Assembly: GCA_013239625.1 (NCBI GenBank)
Contig: MU053352.1
Location: 417,485 to 481,484 of the forward strand
DNA length: 64,000 nt
DNA from: Lama guanicoe
Taxonomy: Eukaryota
Direction: 5' to 3'
A program made the translations under genes and the position numbers. Below the pieces are notes generated by a model. It did not search any database. It had not been told where the DNA came from and was given only the letters and a program-made list of their open reading frames with translations. Each line of letters starts with the position of its first letter. Positions within the stretch are counted from its first letter, which is position 1. Below, piece by piece: positions 62,040 to 64,000 of the stretch.

Positions 62040-63465
62040 AAAAATTTTTGTTGTTGAGATAGAATTCACATACGTAAACTTCTCCCCTTTTAAAGTGTAC
62101 CACTTAGTGGTTCTTAATAAATTCACAAAGTTGTACTACCATGACTGCTATCTAATTCCAGAATATTTTCAGCACTGCAAACAAAAACTCTGTTCCCATT
62201 TGCAATCACCCCCTCTTGCCCCCTTCCCCCAGCCCCTGGCAACCATTAACCTGCTTTTTGACTCTGGATTTACCTATTACGAATATTGCATATAAATGGA
62301 ATCATATAACATGTGGCTTTTTGTGTCTGGCTTCTTTCACTTAACAGTGTCTTCAAGGTTCATGTTGTACTGTGTATCAGTACTTGATTCCTTTTTGTTG
62401 CTAAATATTCCATCTTATATGTTTACCGTATTTTGTTTATCCACTCATCAGTTGGTAGATACATGGGTTGTTTAAACTTGTGGACTACTGTGCATAAGGC
62501 TGCTGTGAGCATTCGTGTACAAGGTTTTTGCCTGAAAAGAATTTTTTCAGTTCTTTGGTGTATACCTAGGAGTGAAATTGCTGGGTCACGCAGTGACTGT
62601 GTTTAACTTTCTGAGGAACTGCAACCATTTTCCACAGCAGCTGTACATTTCCATTCCCATCAGCAATGTTAGAAGGTTCCAGTTTCTTCATATCCTTGTC
62701 AATAACTTATTTTCCTTTTTTAAACAGCCATCCCAGTAGACGTGGAGTGGTATCTCACTGTGGTATTTGCCTGATGACTAACGATGTTACACAAATGGCC
62801 AAAATGAAAGATGTTTATCTTTGGAGAGAAATCTTTGATATTTTTTTTTTACCTGGTTTAAATTGGGTTGTTGTGTTGTATGAGTTTTGTCTATATTTTG
62901 GCTTCTAGACCCTTATCAGATAGATGATTTGTAAATTTTTTTTCTGTCCTGTAGGTTGTTTTTTCACTTTCTTGATAGTGTCATATGAAGCATGAAAGTT
63001 TCTAAATTTGAAGTCAGATTTACTTATTTTTTTTCCTTTGGTTGCTCAGCCTTTTGGTGTCATAGTTAAATAACATTGCTTAATCCAAGGTCATGAAGAT
63101 TTACACATACGTTTTCTTCTAAGAGTTTTACAGTCATAGCTCTAATGTTTAGGTCTTTGATACATTTTGAGTTAATTTTTGCATATGGTATGAGGTAGTG
63201 GTAAACTTTTTTTTTTGGAACAGTTCTAGATTTACAGAAAAGCTAGGAAAATAGTAGAGTTCTTGTAAACCCCTCACCCAGTTTTCTTTATTAGTATCTT
63301 CCATTAGTGTGGTACATTTGTTACAATTAACAATATTGATACATTGTAATTAACTGAAGTCCATATTTTATTCACATTTCCTTAATTTTAAACTAATGTT
63401 CTTCTGTTCCAGAAGTCCATCCAGGGTACCATGCTACATTGCACTGTCATCTCTCCTTAGTCTCC
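62040..63465 (-). mobile_element. L1MB-type 3' end (62040-63200) followed by an L1MC/MD-type 3' end
   Basis: ttgagatagaattcacatac...cccagcccctggcaacc...tggcttctttcacttaac...tctaagagttttacagtc; second element tagatttacagaaaag...ggtacatttgttacaatt. Confidence 0.82.
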
Positions 63466-64000
63466 TTAGTTCCCTTTTTTATAAGGCTGTTTGTTACCTT
63501 TGTTTAAATATTTTTTGATCCCTATAAATAGAACATTTGGTCCTTCAACATGTTTGTGGCTGTGTTAAAATGTCAATTTTTCCAAGTTGACTCCTAAATA
63601 AATACATAAAATCAGAGTTTTGGCAAACAGCTGTAGTAATAAATAGAGAACACCTATCACTTGGACTCCCTATTATAATTTGGAGCCCCATTGTTTAGCA
63701 ACTTTTTGTACATTGAGAATATACATATTTAAGCATGAAATATATTGCCCTTGGTTTAATAGTATACTAGGGTTTTTAGTTTAATATTTGGATTTGAGGG
63801 TGATGGAGTAAGGGGATATGTAATTATCTTTGGGTTGCTTTTATTATCAGAAAATTGCTTTCCTTTTTTTCTGTAGTGTATGTATAACCATTTCCTATAT
63901 TGCAAGGTCCTTCCTGTTTTTACTGGAAAATGTTTTAAGCCCTACTGTTGTTAGGAATTCTGTATTGTTACATCTGCTGCCTTCACAACTACTGTTGATC

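Noticed and set aside
1..64000. CRISPR array, operon, prophage or other new multi-gene system; intronic snoRNA/miRNA
   Set aside because: No repeat-spacer array or intronless gene cluster was seen. The window is explained by two spliced mammalian genes plus repeats. I recognised no small-RNA gene by eye; an Infernal/Rfam scan would be needed to exclude one.

Overview
Mammalian nuclear DNA, most likely a camelid (camel/alpaca/llama), judged from about eight full-length tRNA-derived Vic-1-type SINEs and young L1 3' ends. Two genes lie head-to-head. SFI1 (centrin-binding centriole protein) is on the - strand: 15 coding exons (human exons 2-16, 48130 down to 8) were assembled by hand with GT-AG boundaries into one open frame of 519 codons that runs off the left edge. 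EIF4ENIF1 (4E-T) is on the + strand: its first coding exon is 54601-54720, followed by intron to the right edge. Each gene has its own CpG island (~49.1-50.05 kb and ~53.05-54.26 kb). The introns are full of L1, L2, MIR, MLT1/MER21 LTRs and DNA transposons. The best observations are: (1) a clear U12-type minor-spliceosome intron in SFI1; (2) an in-frame TGA that turns the human-type SFI1 N-terminus into a 23-codon uORF ending 3 nt before a strong-Kozak ATG; (3) inverted SINE pairs bracketing SFI1 exons 5 and 2; (4) a four-level nested transposon stack. I found no prokaryotic-type or otherwise new multi-gene system, and most ORFs in the supplied track are spurious. Gene and repeat names come from remembered sequences rather than database searches, and repeat boundaries are approximate.
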